Assembly (NCBI RefSeq): GCF_963921235.1
Contig: NC_086108.1
Location: forward strand, 103,108,001 to 103,172,000
Length of the DNA: 64,000 bases
Direction of reading: 5' to 3'
Source of the DNA: Mobula hypostoma
Lineage: Eukaryota
In this document: positions 11,866 through 23,235 of the stretch, in pieces
Layout of the letters: each line of letters opens with the position of its first letter
How positions within the stretch are numbered: the stretch's first letter is position 1
Made by a program: the position numbers and the translations under genes
Notes under the pieces: generated by a model
Database searches by the model: none
What the model was told of the DNA's origin: nothing
Seen by the model: only the letters and a program-made list of their open reading frames with translations

Positions 11866-12979
11866 TTGGAGTATTGTGTGCAGTTTTGGGGTCCTTATTT
11901 TAGAAAGGATATACTGACATTGGAGAGGGTTCAGAGAAGATTCACGAGAATTATTCCAGGAATGAAAGGGTTACCATATGAGAAACGTCTGGCAGCTCTT
12001 GGGCTGTATTCCCTGGAGTTCAGGAGAATGAGGGGGATCTCATAGAAACATTTCGAATGTTAAAAGGCCTAAACATATTAGATATAGCAAGGTTATTTCC
12101 CATGGTAGGGGAAGTCTAGGACAAGAGGGCACAACTTCAGGTTTGAAGGCCATCCATTTAGAACTGAGATGCGGAAAAATGATTCAGAGGGGGGTAAATC
12201 TGTGGAATTTCATGCCACGAGTGGCTGTGGAGGCCAAGTCATTTGGTGCATTTAAGGCAGAGATAGATAGGTTCTTGATTAGCCGGGGGATCAATGGTAT
12301 GGGGAGAAGGTAGGGGAATGGGGATGACTGGAAGAATTGGATCAGCCCATGATTGAATGGCGGAGCAACTCGATGGGCTAAATGGCCTACTTCTGCTCCT
12401 ATATCTTATGGTCTTATATATATTCACTGTAATTCAGTTTTTATTATTCTGTATTGCAATGTACTGCTGTTGCAGAACAACAAATTTCACGACATATGCT
12501 GGTGATATTAAACCCGCTTCTGATTCTGATTCTTTTGAGATGGTGAAAAGTTCAACATCCCTGCAGCTCTTTCTTTATTGTCGATAAAGGGTGAGGAAAT
12601 AAGAATTTATATTAAAGAGCTTTAAGTTTTCAGTAAAACTCCACAATTTCCTTTAGATTTCCTGCCCTTTTTTCCTATTTTTCTTTAATGGGAAATTTCA
12701 AAAGCTGAGAGATTACATTGAACTTGGTGACACAACATATACATTGTTCTGGTATCCAAAATAAAATAGAAAGCTCTTACAAAACCTCAAAGTGATAATC
12801 CCAGAAGAACAGAGTATACCCATGCTGTCCGATCAACGAGGATATACCTGAATGTGGTCTGATGGACATGTTTAAATTTACCAAGGGTTTTGACAGGGCA
12901 GATGTAGATAAGCGATGTCCATTTTCAGATCACTCCAGTACTAAATATAAACAGCTGCAAATAAACCTAAATTAGCTTT

Positions 12980-13270
12980 GATAAATTTAGCTTTATTGTC
13001 ATATGTACTTCGAAACATACAATGAAATGTGTCATTTGGACCCAAGCAAATCAGCGAGGATTGTACTAGGCAGCCTGCAAGTATCGCGACGCTTCTGGTG
13101 CCAACATAGTATGCCCACAATTCACTAACCCTAACCCGTACGTTTTTGGAATATGGGAGGAAACCAGAGCACCCGGAAGAAACACACACTGTCACAGGTA
13201 GAACGTATAAACTCCTTACAGGCAGCAGCGGGAATTGAATCCCGATTGGTGTTATGCTACCATGTCACCC
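12980..13270 (-). mobile_element. tRNA-derived SINE
   Basis: Same head, body and tail as 411-1788 and 48605-48855. Confidence 0.75.
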
Positions 13271-13480
13271 ACCTTGATAAGTAGTTCATAAGAATATGAG
13301 ATGGCCATTTAGCAGGATCCTGGCTGACGGTGTACAACAATACCATTTTTCCACATGAAATCCCTCAGGAGAGTGACCAGAATGTGGTATGCAATGTTAG
13401 ATGGAACAGATAACACAGGTGCGTTTCAGAAGTTTGACAAGCGTGAGGGAGTAGATGAAGTGCAAGGATATAGTGTAAGG

Positions 13481-13679
13481 CAGGGGTCCCCAACCTTGTT
13501 TGCACAGCAGACCGGTTTAATATTGACGATATTCTTATGGACCGGCCGACCAGGCGTGGGGGAATGGGGGTGTTTAAGTTCAACAGTGCACGGCAGGGAA
13601 TGAGGAAAGGTGCAGCTGACTCCCGTTTCCTCGCAGCCCAGTAGCACACGCTTTGCAGCCCAGTGGCTGGGGATGACTG
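13481..13679 (-). mobile_element. hAT-Buster MITE (199 bp)
   Basis: Perfect 8-bp TSD GTGTAAGG at 13473-13480 and 13680-13687; ends match 7787-8971 in the opposite orientation. Confidence 0.9.
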
Positions 13680-14118
13680 GTGTAAGGAGTAAACAAAGTG
13701 TGCTGGAGTGAGGTCGGTGCTGAGCAAGACCACCATCAAAGTCCTGTCAGGTCAAATCATCTATGCAACACGTCTAAATAATTCCACTGTTGCCAGACTC
13801 CTTGGTGGGCACACAAATGAACAGTGCAAGAAAAACTATCGTCCTCTCCTAGGGAAAACATTTTGGATTGCTTTCTCCTGAGAAAATTATACTTGTTGAT
13901 AATGGACCTTGAGTGGTCACTCTCAAAAACTGCAACTCATGTTCTCGGTATAATCTGTTTATTTATTTGTTTGTTTGTCTATCTATTCATTATTTGCAGT
14001 TTTCCTTCTTCTGCACATTGGCTGTCAAAGTTTGTTAGTTTGTCAGTTCTTTATAAATTCTGTTGTATAGCTTTGTTTTTCTTTGAATGTCTGCAAGAAG
14101 ATGAATCTCAAGGTAGTA

Positions 14119-15688
14119 CAGGTGTCCCCTGCTTTTCAAACGTTCGCTTTACGAAACCTCACTGTTACGAAAGACCTACATTAGTACCCTATTTTCGCTT
14201 TCAGAAGGTGTTTTCACTGTTACGAAAAAAAATTCAGCTCACGATAAAAAATCAGCGCGATAAAAGGCAGAGCGCGCCCCGAGCAGCCGCTCTCCCCTGG
14301 ATTCTCGCTGGCATTGCTTAAACACGAGCCTGTGAGCAGCCGTTTGCAAGATGAGCTCTAAGGTGTCAGAAAAGCCTGAAAGAGCTCGTAAGGGTGTTAC
14401 ACTTACGGTAAAACTAGACATAATTAAGCGTTTTGATCGTGGTGAACGAAGTAAGGACAACGTGAGTTTGGCTTGTGGAAGCTGACGAAGATGATGTTGA
14501 AGAGGTTTTGGCATCCCATCACCAGGAACTGACAGATGAAGAGCTGATACAATTGGAAGAAAAAAGGATAATAATCGAAACCGAATGAGTAATGATAAAG
14601 TACGACTTTAATTTTGAAAGGGTACGTCGGTTTAGTGGATACTTGCAGGATGGTTTGAGTCCTTATTAAAGAACTGTGTGGTAGAAAAATACGCGAGGCT
14701 CAGCAGTCAAGCAAGCCTTCCACATCAGCCACAGCAGACGGCGAACCTCGACCTTCGACATCGAGGCAGGCAGTCATAGGAGAAGATGAGCTGCCTGCTC
14801 TAATAGAAATAGGTGACAAGATGACACCCCAGTCTCCCACCACCCCAACCCCCAGGCCACGGACAGATACCGATTCGCGGAGAATGCAGCAGTAGCCGGG
14901 AGGCACACAGCACATCTTTAAGAAAAAAGCCGAAATAAACATGCTAATTAATTAGGTGCCGCTGACACGTAATTGTCGGCCCAGATCAGAGACGATGCAA
15001 TCGGAAATTGGCACTGATCTGGGCTGACAATTACGGGCGGCACCTAATTAGTTAGCATGTTTGTTTCGGCTTTTTTCTTAAAGATGTGCTGTGTACCTCC
15101 CAGCTACCGCTGGACCCCTGCGTTCTTCGCGGCAATGTATTGCTCAGCAGCCTGGAGGGTGGGGGGCCACTGCACTACCCAAACTCCAACGACTCAGTCT
15201 AACATACCATCATCAGTGTGCTCGGCGCTGTCCCGATTCCCATAAGTGATACTACACTGTACATACATTATTTCTACTTTATATCAGCTGTGTATTTTTA
15301 CGTGTTATTTGGTATGATTTGGCAGCTTCATAGCTTAAAGGTTACTGGAGAGAGTGTTCTTGCCAACAGCGCTTGCGTGAGATTTTCTGCCGACGGCGCT
15401 TGCGTGAGATTTTCACTCCGGAGAACAGTTCAGTAATGATTGTGGAAAAGTATTTCTACTTTATATAGGCTGTGTATTTATCATATCATTCCTGCTTTTA
15501 CTGTATTTTACTGTTATTTTAGGTTTTATGTATTATTTGTCATGATTTGGTAGGTTATTTTTGGGTCTGCGAATGCTCACAAAATTTTCCCAAACAAATA
15601 AATGGTAATTGCTTCTTCGCTTTACGACATTTCGGCTTATGAACCGTTTCATAGGAACGCTCTACCTTCGGATGGTGGGGGAAACCGG
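14119..15688 (+). mobile_element. Non-autonomous Tigger/pogo DNA transposon (copy 2)
   Basis: Reverse complement of 4546-6114 along its length; TA at 14117-14118; right end GGGAAACCGG followed by CA (mutated TSD). Confidence 0.85.
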
Positions 15689-15699
15689 CATATGACATA

Positions 15700-16215
15700 C
15701 AATCAGTTGCCACTTTATTAGGTACATCTGTACATTAATGCAAATATCTAATCAGCCAGTCATGTGTCAGCAATTCAATGCATAAAAGCATGCCAACATG
15801 GTCAGCAGCTTCAGTTGCTGTTCAGACCAAACAATAGACTAGGGGAGAAAGGTGATCTAAGTGACTTTGACCATGGAATGATTGTTGGTGCCAGACGGGA
15901 TGATTTGAGCACCTCAGAAACTGCTGATATTATGGGATTTTCACGCACAGCAATCTCTAGAGCTTACAAAAACTGGTGTGAAAAACAAAAAAAGACACCC
16001 AATGAGTGGCAGTTCTGTGGGTGAAAACACTTCGTTAACAAGGGAGGTCAGAGGAGAGTGGCCAGCCTGGTTCAAGGGGACAGTAACTCAAGTAACCATA
16101 TGTTACAACAGTGGCGTGCAGGGAAGCATCTCTGAATGTACATGTCAAACCTTGAAGTGGATTGGCTACAGCAGTGGAAGACCACTTCTGTAGCTAATAA
16201 AGTGGCCACTGAATG
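15700..16215 (+). mobile_element. Non-autonomous Tc1-like element
   Basis: TIRs CAATCAGTTGCCACTTTATTAG / CTAATAAAGTGGCCACTGAATG with TA flanks; Tc1 HTH remnant KGDLSDFDHGMIVGARR...ETADIMGFSRTAISR. Confidence 0.88.
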
Positions 16216-16819
16216 TATATGTATTTTGATAATAAATTTACTCTGAACTTTGAAGAACTTAAGCTTTCAGGTCTACCTTCAGTGATAAGCAACAGTGTGC
16301 CAAAGTTACCTCTGCAGCCCTGGACCCTTTAAATATTGATTAGCTGCAGCACGAGCCAAGCATGCAGTTAATATTTCTTCCAATTTATGCATTCAATTCC
16401 TTATTAAAACCCTTCTGCAATAAAATAATGAACAGAATCCCTATGCTCCAAATGGTGTGGTACATTTTCCAGCTGTTAACAGATTTAAAACAGACAAGCT
16501 CAACCACACTGCATTCCCTGCTACCGACTAATGCACTAATTCCTCCAACTGAAGGCAGCACACTCTGTTCCACATCTCTTTCATTCTCTCTCATTTAGAT
16601 CTTCACTGACTTTCAAGACCATGAAGAAACCTCTAGAGATCCTTATCCTGAAGCAGAATAGAAATGAGTGTGACTTTGACAAATCTTAGGGGATGAGAAT
16701 GCTAGGAGAGCTGGGTAGCAGGTACTATCCTCTCCACCTCACACCTACAATCGCCTCAAAATAAAAATCACAAATATAATTTTCAGAAGAAGCTGAGGTA
16801 TAATTTTAACATGCAGGCT

Positions 16820-17398
16820 AACATATTAATGCAGTTACAAAGAAGGCATGATAGCGGCTATATTTCATTGGGAGTTTGAGGAGACTTGCTAGGTCACCAA
16901 AGACGCTCGCAAATTTCTGCAAATGTACTCTGGAAAGCATTCTGACTGGCTGTATCACCATCTGGTATCCACAGGATCGGAAAAAGTGGCAGAAAGTTGT
17001 AAACTCAGCCAGCTCCATTATGAGCACTAGCCTTCCCAACATTAAGGACATCTTCAAAAGGAGATGCCTCAAAAAGGTAGCATCTAACAGTAAGGCCTAT
17101 CATCACCCAGGACATGCCCTCTTCTCATTACTGCCATCAAGAAGGAGACACAGGAGCTTGAAGACGCAAATTCAATGTTTCAAGAACAGCTTCCTCCTCT
17201 CCACCATCAAATTTCTGAATGGACAACAATCCCATGAACACTACCTCATTTTTTCCCCTTTTTTGCACTACTTACTTACTTTACGTATACATACCTTATT
17301 GTAGTTTATATAGTTTTTTTTTATTATGTATTGCAATGTACCACTGCTACAAAACAACAAATTTCATGACATAGGTCGGTGATATTAAACCTGATTCC
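16820..17398 (+). mobile_element. Rex/Babar-like LINE 3' fragment
   Basis: ESILTGCITIWY...HPGHALFSLLPSRRRHRSLK...FKNSF plus tail ATTAAACCTGATTC. Confidence 0.8.
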
Positions 17399-17844
17399 GT
17401 GCTAGTGAAAAGAATCCAGAAGCTCCCTCACACAGAAGAATGAAGAATACAAAGATGAAATATGATTTGCTTATGAGAATGATGCAGTTCAGATCAATCA
17501 AAGCAATAAGGATGGCAAAATGTCTGAGCTTGCTTTGTTGGCCGACTTCTGGCCCTGTATGGCCAAGCAACATGGTTAAGCGTGGGGCTCACTTTAAATG
17601 AGGGATTAGGCTTTGTGTGAGTAAATCCTACAACACAGCTCACAACATCGAAGAGCAATTTGGATAGATTCATGGATGGGAGGGGTATGGAAGTCAATGG
17701 TCCAGATGCAGGACAATGGTACGAGGCAGAATAATAGTTCAGCATAGACTAGACAGGCCGAAGAGACCGTTTCTGTGCTGCAGTTTTCTGTGACTGGTAG
17801 ACACAATATTGGTACATTTCTCTTCCACTTATTATCAATGTTCA

Positions 17845-18280
17845 GAATCGAAATCAGAGTGTGTGTCTTCAGCCTCCAGTACCTTCTCCTGATGGTAGTA
17901 ATGAGAAGAGGGCATGTCCTGAATGGTGAGGATCCTTATTGATGAATGCCATCTTCTTGAGGCATTGCTTATTGAAGATGTCTTTGATAGTGGGGAGGAC
18001 AGTGCCCACGATGGAGCTGGCTGAGTTTGCACCACTCCGCAGCTTCTGTGCATTGGCACTTCCATACCTGTGTGATGCAACCATTCAGAATGTTCTCCAT
18101 GGTACATCTGTAGAAATTTGCTCAAGTCTTTGGTGACATGCCAGCTCTCCTCAAGCTCCTAATGAAATATAGTCAATGCCATGTGTTCTTTGCATGTTGG
18201 GCCTCAGATAGATCTGAAGATACCCAGGAAATGAAGGTTGCTCATCCTTTCCAATGCCTGACCCCTCAGTGAGCACTGGT
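17845..18280 (-). mobile_element. Rex/Babar-like LINE 3' fragment
   Basis: Minus ORF LPTIKDIF...KDPHHSGHALFSLLPSG. Confidence 0.75.
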
Positions 18281-18359
18281 GTGTGTTCTCCTGACTTCCC
18301 CATCTCTCCTCCTCCTTGAAACTCAAAGCTCATTTGATTTCTCACTTTTCAATTGGTAA

Positions 18360-18695
18360 AAGGGGTTGATAGAGTGGATGTGGAGAGATGTTTCCAATGG
18401 TGGGAGAGTCTAAGACCAGAGGACACAGCCTCAAAATAGAGGGGCATCCTTTTAGAACAGAGATGAGGAGGAATTTCTTTAGCCAGAGAGTAGTGAAATT
18501 CATTGCCACAGGCAGCTATGTACATTTATGTACATTTGAGGCAGAAGTTGACAAATTCTTGATTGGCCAGGGCATGAAAGGATACGGGAAGATGGCAGGA
18601 GATTGGGACTGAGAAGAAAATTGGATCAGCCATGATGAAATTACGGAGCAGACTCGCTGGGCCAAATGTCTTAAATCTGCTTCTATATCTTCTGG
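18360..18695 (+). mobile_element. CR1/HER1 LINE 3' fragment
   Basis: MFPMVGESKTRGHSLKI...RRNFFSQRVV plus 3' UTR. Confidence 0.8.
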
Positions 18696-20452
18696 CCTTT
18701 CCAGTTCTGGTGAAATTCTTACTTTTGTTTCTCTTTCCTCAGATGCTGCCTGACTTACCGAGTACTTCCAGCACTTTGTGATTTTACCATCGGCTTATTA
18801 ATATTTGTTTCAACAGAAACAAGGAAGATGGGTAAATCATTTGGTCCTTCAATCATGCTCCACCATGCAATAATCATGACTGATCCCCCAAATTTGGTAC
18901 TCTTTTTCAGCTTTCTCCCCGTGTTCTTTGATCCCTAAGAAAGGCATCCAATCCTTTCTTGAGATTTGGCTTCATCCATGTGACATCACCTGCAGGTTGT
19001 CCCCAGCACAGCACTGAGTGTGTTGTTTGTTAATGCAAGTGACGCATTTCACTGTATATTTCGATGTACATGTGAGAAGTAAATGTGAATATGAACCCAA
19101 ATTCACCCAGTCCTGTTCCACAGATTCACCACTCTCAGATGATGACACATCTGTTCTCCCAAAGTCTTAAACAGCTTAACCATGACTTTGTGCTGGTCCT
19201 GGATTTCCAAACCATTAGGAATATTTTTCCTGCATTCAGTCTGTCTAGCCATTTTAGAATTTCTACGAAATCTGCTTTTACTGAACACTGACAGCCACTG
19301 TATGTTTTTGGCATAAAACTACTTCCATTTCAAATATGTATCTCGAATACTACCCTTATGGAGACCGTTGATTGTGATACCTTCCTGAGTAAACTGGCTG
19401 CAGAAATTTCTACATAATGACAGTGCCTATGGTTCTGAAGATATTGTGCTTCAAGCACTCTGATCTCCTGAGCCCTTACGACAGTCCTAAAGGAAGGGTA
19501 ACTGTTCAGTAACAGGAGCTTTTATATAAACTAACAAAATTCTGATAGAATTGGACAGAGTAGATGCAGGAAGGGATTCAGATTCAGGTTAACTTATTTA
19601 TCACATATATATCAAAATATACAGTGAAATGCATCGTTTGCGTTAACAAACAACACAAGCTAAGGATGTGCTGGGACCAAATGTCACCACACATTCTGGC
19701 GCCAATATAGCATGCCCACAATGCTTGGCAGAACAACAGAAACAATAGCAAAACAAGACTCTTTCTTCCCTCCCACACACCCACCCACCAGTCATCCAAC
19801 TCCAGGACAGGCTGCCTCTCGGTCTCTAGCCTTCAGGAGACTCACAGGCATTGGACCTCCACTTTCCCAGTGGGTTTGCAGACTTGAAAACCCAGGGCTT
19901 AGCGCTAAGCAGAAGTCAGCTAACTGATTAGTGGGATGAGAAAGAATGACTGGATCCAAAGAGGTCCAAACACAAGACATGGAAGACCAGACCCTTCAAT
20001 CAGGATTGGAAAGGACCTGGTCTCAACTATCATTCAAGATTGTTTAATGTCATTTCCGGTATACAAGTGTAAACAGAACAAAATAATTTTTACTCCGGAT
20101 CCAATGAAGCACAAAAAAACACAAAAGATAAAGAACACAATAATAATTCAAAAAACACAAATATAAATACATAAAATATTTTATGCACATGGACTGACTG
20201 TATGTCCATAAAGTGACACTAGGTTGTACATAAGGTGATTGACAGGAAATAATCAAGTCGTGGTGGAGTTTGTAAGTCGAGGTGTTGATCAGCCTTACTG
20301 CTTAGGGAAAGTAATTATTTTTGAGTCTGATGGTCCTGGCATGGATGCTATGTAGCCTCCTCCCTGACGGGAGTGGGACAAACAATCCATGAGCAGGGTG
20401 AGCGGGATCCTTCATGAGGTTACTGCCCCTTTTCCGCCACCTTTCTGTATAC

Positions 20453-21590
20453 CAGTGAGCACTGTGAGGGTCCTGTTTTTTGACTTCTCCAGTGTGTTCA
20501 ACAGCATCCGCCCTGCTCTGCTGGGGAAGAAGCTGACAGCGATGCAGGTGGATGCTTTCCTGGTACCATGGATTCTTGATTACCTGACTGGCAGACCACA
20601 GTACATGAGCTTGCAACACTGTGTGTCAGACAGGGTGATCAGCAGCACTGGGGCTCCACAGGGGACTGTCTTGTCTCCTTTTCTCTTCACCATTTACACC
20701 TCGGACTTCAACTACTGCACAGAGTCTTGTCATCTTCAGAAGTTTTCTGATGACTCTGCCATAGTTGGATGCATCAGCATGGGAGATGAGGCTGAGTACA
20801 GGGCTACGGTAGGAAACTTTGTCACATGGAGTGAGCAGAAGTGTCTGCAGCTTAATGTGAAAAAGACTAAGGAGCTGGTGGTAGACCTGAGGAGAGCTAA
20901 GGTACCGGTGACCCCTGTTTCCATCCAGGGGGTCAGTGTGGACATGGTGCAGGATTACAAATACCTGGGGATACGAATTGACAATAAATTGGACTGGTCA
21001 AAGAACACTGAGGCTGCCTACAAGAACGGTCAGAGCCGTCTCTATTTCCTGAGGAGACTGAGGTCCTTTAACATCTGCCGGACGATGCTGAGGACGTTCT
21101 ACGAGTCTGTGGTGGCCAGTGATATCATGTTTGCTGTTGTGTGCTGGGGCAGCAGGCTGAGTGTAGCAGACACCAACAGAATCAACAAACTCATTCGTAA
21201 GGCCAGTGATGTTGTGGGGATGGAACTGGACTCTCTGACAGTGGTGTCTGAAAAGAAAAGTTGCATGCCATCTTGGACAATGTCTCCCATCCACTACATA
21301 ATGTACTGGGTGGGCAGAGGAGTACATTCAGCCAGAGACTCATTCCACCGAGATGCAACACAGAGCGTCATAGGAAGTCATTCCTGCCTGTGGCCATCAA
21401 ACTTTACAACTCCTCCCTTGGAGGGTCAGACACCCTGAGCCAATAGACTGGTCCTGGACTTATTTCCTGGCATAATTTACATATTACTATCTAATTATTT
21501 ATGGTTTTATTACTATTTAATTATTTATGGTGCAACTGTAACGAAAACCAATTTCCCCCGGGATCAATAAAGTATGACTATAACTATACC
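20453..21590 (+). mobile_element. Rex1/Babar-type LINE RT region, relatively young
   Basis: STVRVLFFDFSSVFNSI, GAPQGTVLSPFLF, QKFSDD, YKYLG open for ~270 codons; CAATAAAGTATGACT tail. Inserted into an older minus-strand LINE tail (~20020-21820). Confidence 0.92.
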
Positions 21591-21819
21591 TGTCCTTGAT
21601 GGCGGGTAGGTTGGTGCTAGTGATGCACTGGGCGGTTTTAACTACCCGTTATAGAAGCTTCCTGCCTGTTGCAGTGCAGTTTCTGTATCAAGCAGTAACG
21701 CAGCTTATCAGGATGCTCACTACTGCAGAGTGACGTGAGCATGGATGTGCAAAGTCAGCTCTCTTCAGCCTCTTCAAAAAGTAGAGGTGATGGTGAGCTT
21801 TCTTGATTGTGTAGGATCT

Positions 21820-22020
21820 GCCAGCTAGTACTCCTTCCCCTCCCTCACCTTCTTATTCTGGTTTCTGCCCCCTTCCTTCACAATCCCGATGAAGGATCTT
21901 GGCCTGAAGCATCGACTGTTTATTACCCTCTATAGATGCTGCCCGGCCAGCCAAGTGTCTCTAGCACTTTGTGTGCATTGCTCAACATTCTCAGCATTTG
22001 TAGAATCTCTTGGGTTTATG
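21820..22020 (+). mobile_element. Older PLE 3' repeat with degenerate hammerhead (~21882-21917)
   Basis: CCGATGAAGGATCTTGGCCTGAAGCATCGACT...AGATGCTGCCCGGCC...CAGCATTTGTAGAATCTC. Confidence 0.7.
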
Positions 22021-22671
22021 AAAATATCAAAATATCATTAGAGTCCAGCTGTGATATTTCTCTTTCACTTCAGACCCACCAATTCAGTTCTTATTTTTAA
22101 ACAGTTATCCATCCACGTCACAGTACCATGCTCCAAAAAATACCAGAGGCTTCAAGTCTCAAAATTTTCCAGTCGTCCTTCTCAGTGTTACAAATTGGAT
22201 GAGTGACCTTGCACAGAGATGAGATCAATAGTGAGCGAGGGGATTAAAAACCAAAATCATCCATCCCCCGCTTCCTGAGGTGCTCTGCAAAAAGCCCCAG
22301 TGAACAATTTGAGAAAAAACCTGCCAAAGAGTTTACAGAACTGTGGCAGCAGGCCATCAAAACTAAGATCCTTACACATATATCCTTTCAAATGTCAAAC
22401 AGCCTGCATTAAAGAGGATCCCAACAATCCACTTGGCAGCCTTCTCTGCTCTGCTGGGATTGGTTTTATGGCTGTGCAGTTCACTCAGCTTTTGATGGGC
22501 TTGGTTAGGTCTGCGGATTTATAAATCAGAAGAATTGTTTTCTAGCACACATGCCTGCAGATTCTTCTGAAAGTTGTTAATCATTGTCAGGACATCCACC
22601 TTCAGTTTAACACGCTTTTCCTTTTTATTCAAAATGGGGATTAGTACAACATTCTCAATATGGGAACTTGG

Positions 22672-22945
22672 GACACCGAGGTAGTGTATATGATTAGCAC
22701 AACACTATTTAACCTTGGGGCGTCGAACTTCTGAGTTCAATTCTGGCATCCTCTGTAAGAAAGTTTGTACGTTTCTCCCATGTGCGCATGGGTTACCTGC
22801 AGGTCCCATAGTCCAAAGATGAACTGATTAGTAGGTTAATTGGTCATTGTAAATTGGCTTGTGATTAGATTAAGGTTAGATAGGTGGGTAACTGTGTGGC
22901 ACAGCTCGGTGGACCAGAAGAGCCTGTTCTGCACTGTATAAATAA
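22672..22945 (+). mobile_element. HE1-like SINE with CR1/HER1-type tail
   Basis: tRNA-like head, GTAGGTTAATTGGTCATTGTAAATTG body, GAGCCTGTTCTGCACTGTA tail; similar copies at 1-80, 28578-28840 and 33990-34275. Confidence 0.7.
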
Positions 22946-23235
22946 AGTCCAGTGTTCTGGCTACAGTCAACTTGTGCAGAGTTACGATTCCTAAAAGGGC
23001 AACATTACATGCCCTCTTCCCATTATTACCACCAGGGAAGAGGTACAGGAGCCTGAATACCCATACTCAATGTTTTTGGAACAGTTCTTCCCCTCTACCA
23101 TCAGTTTTCTGAATGGTCCTTGAATCCACGAACACTACTTCACTTTTGCACTATTTATCCTATTTCTTTTATTGTAACTTATACTCATGTTCTCAGCATT
23201 ATTTATTTACTTATTTTTCTTATTTGCACAGATTT

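Larger units (their letters stand above)
9396..12415 (+). mobile_element. CR1/HER1 LINE ORF2 (RT) with 3' UTR, split by a PLE at 10260-11865
   Basis: NYRRVSLTSVVGKLLE, YLDFQKAFDKVPH, GVPQGSVLGP, KFADDTK; ...RPDLEY resumes as EYCVQFW after 11865; tail ATCTTATGGTCTTA. Confidence 0.93.

Noticed and set aside
20389..21438. 349-aa ORF as a host or domesticated gene
   Set aside because: Chance fusion of antisense LINE tail with a 5'-truncated Rex RT; frameshifted near 21255.
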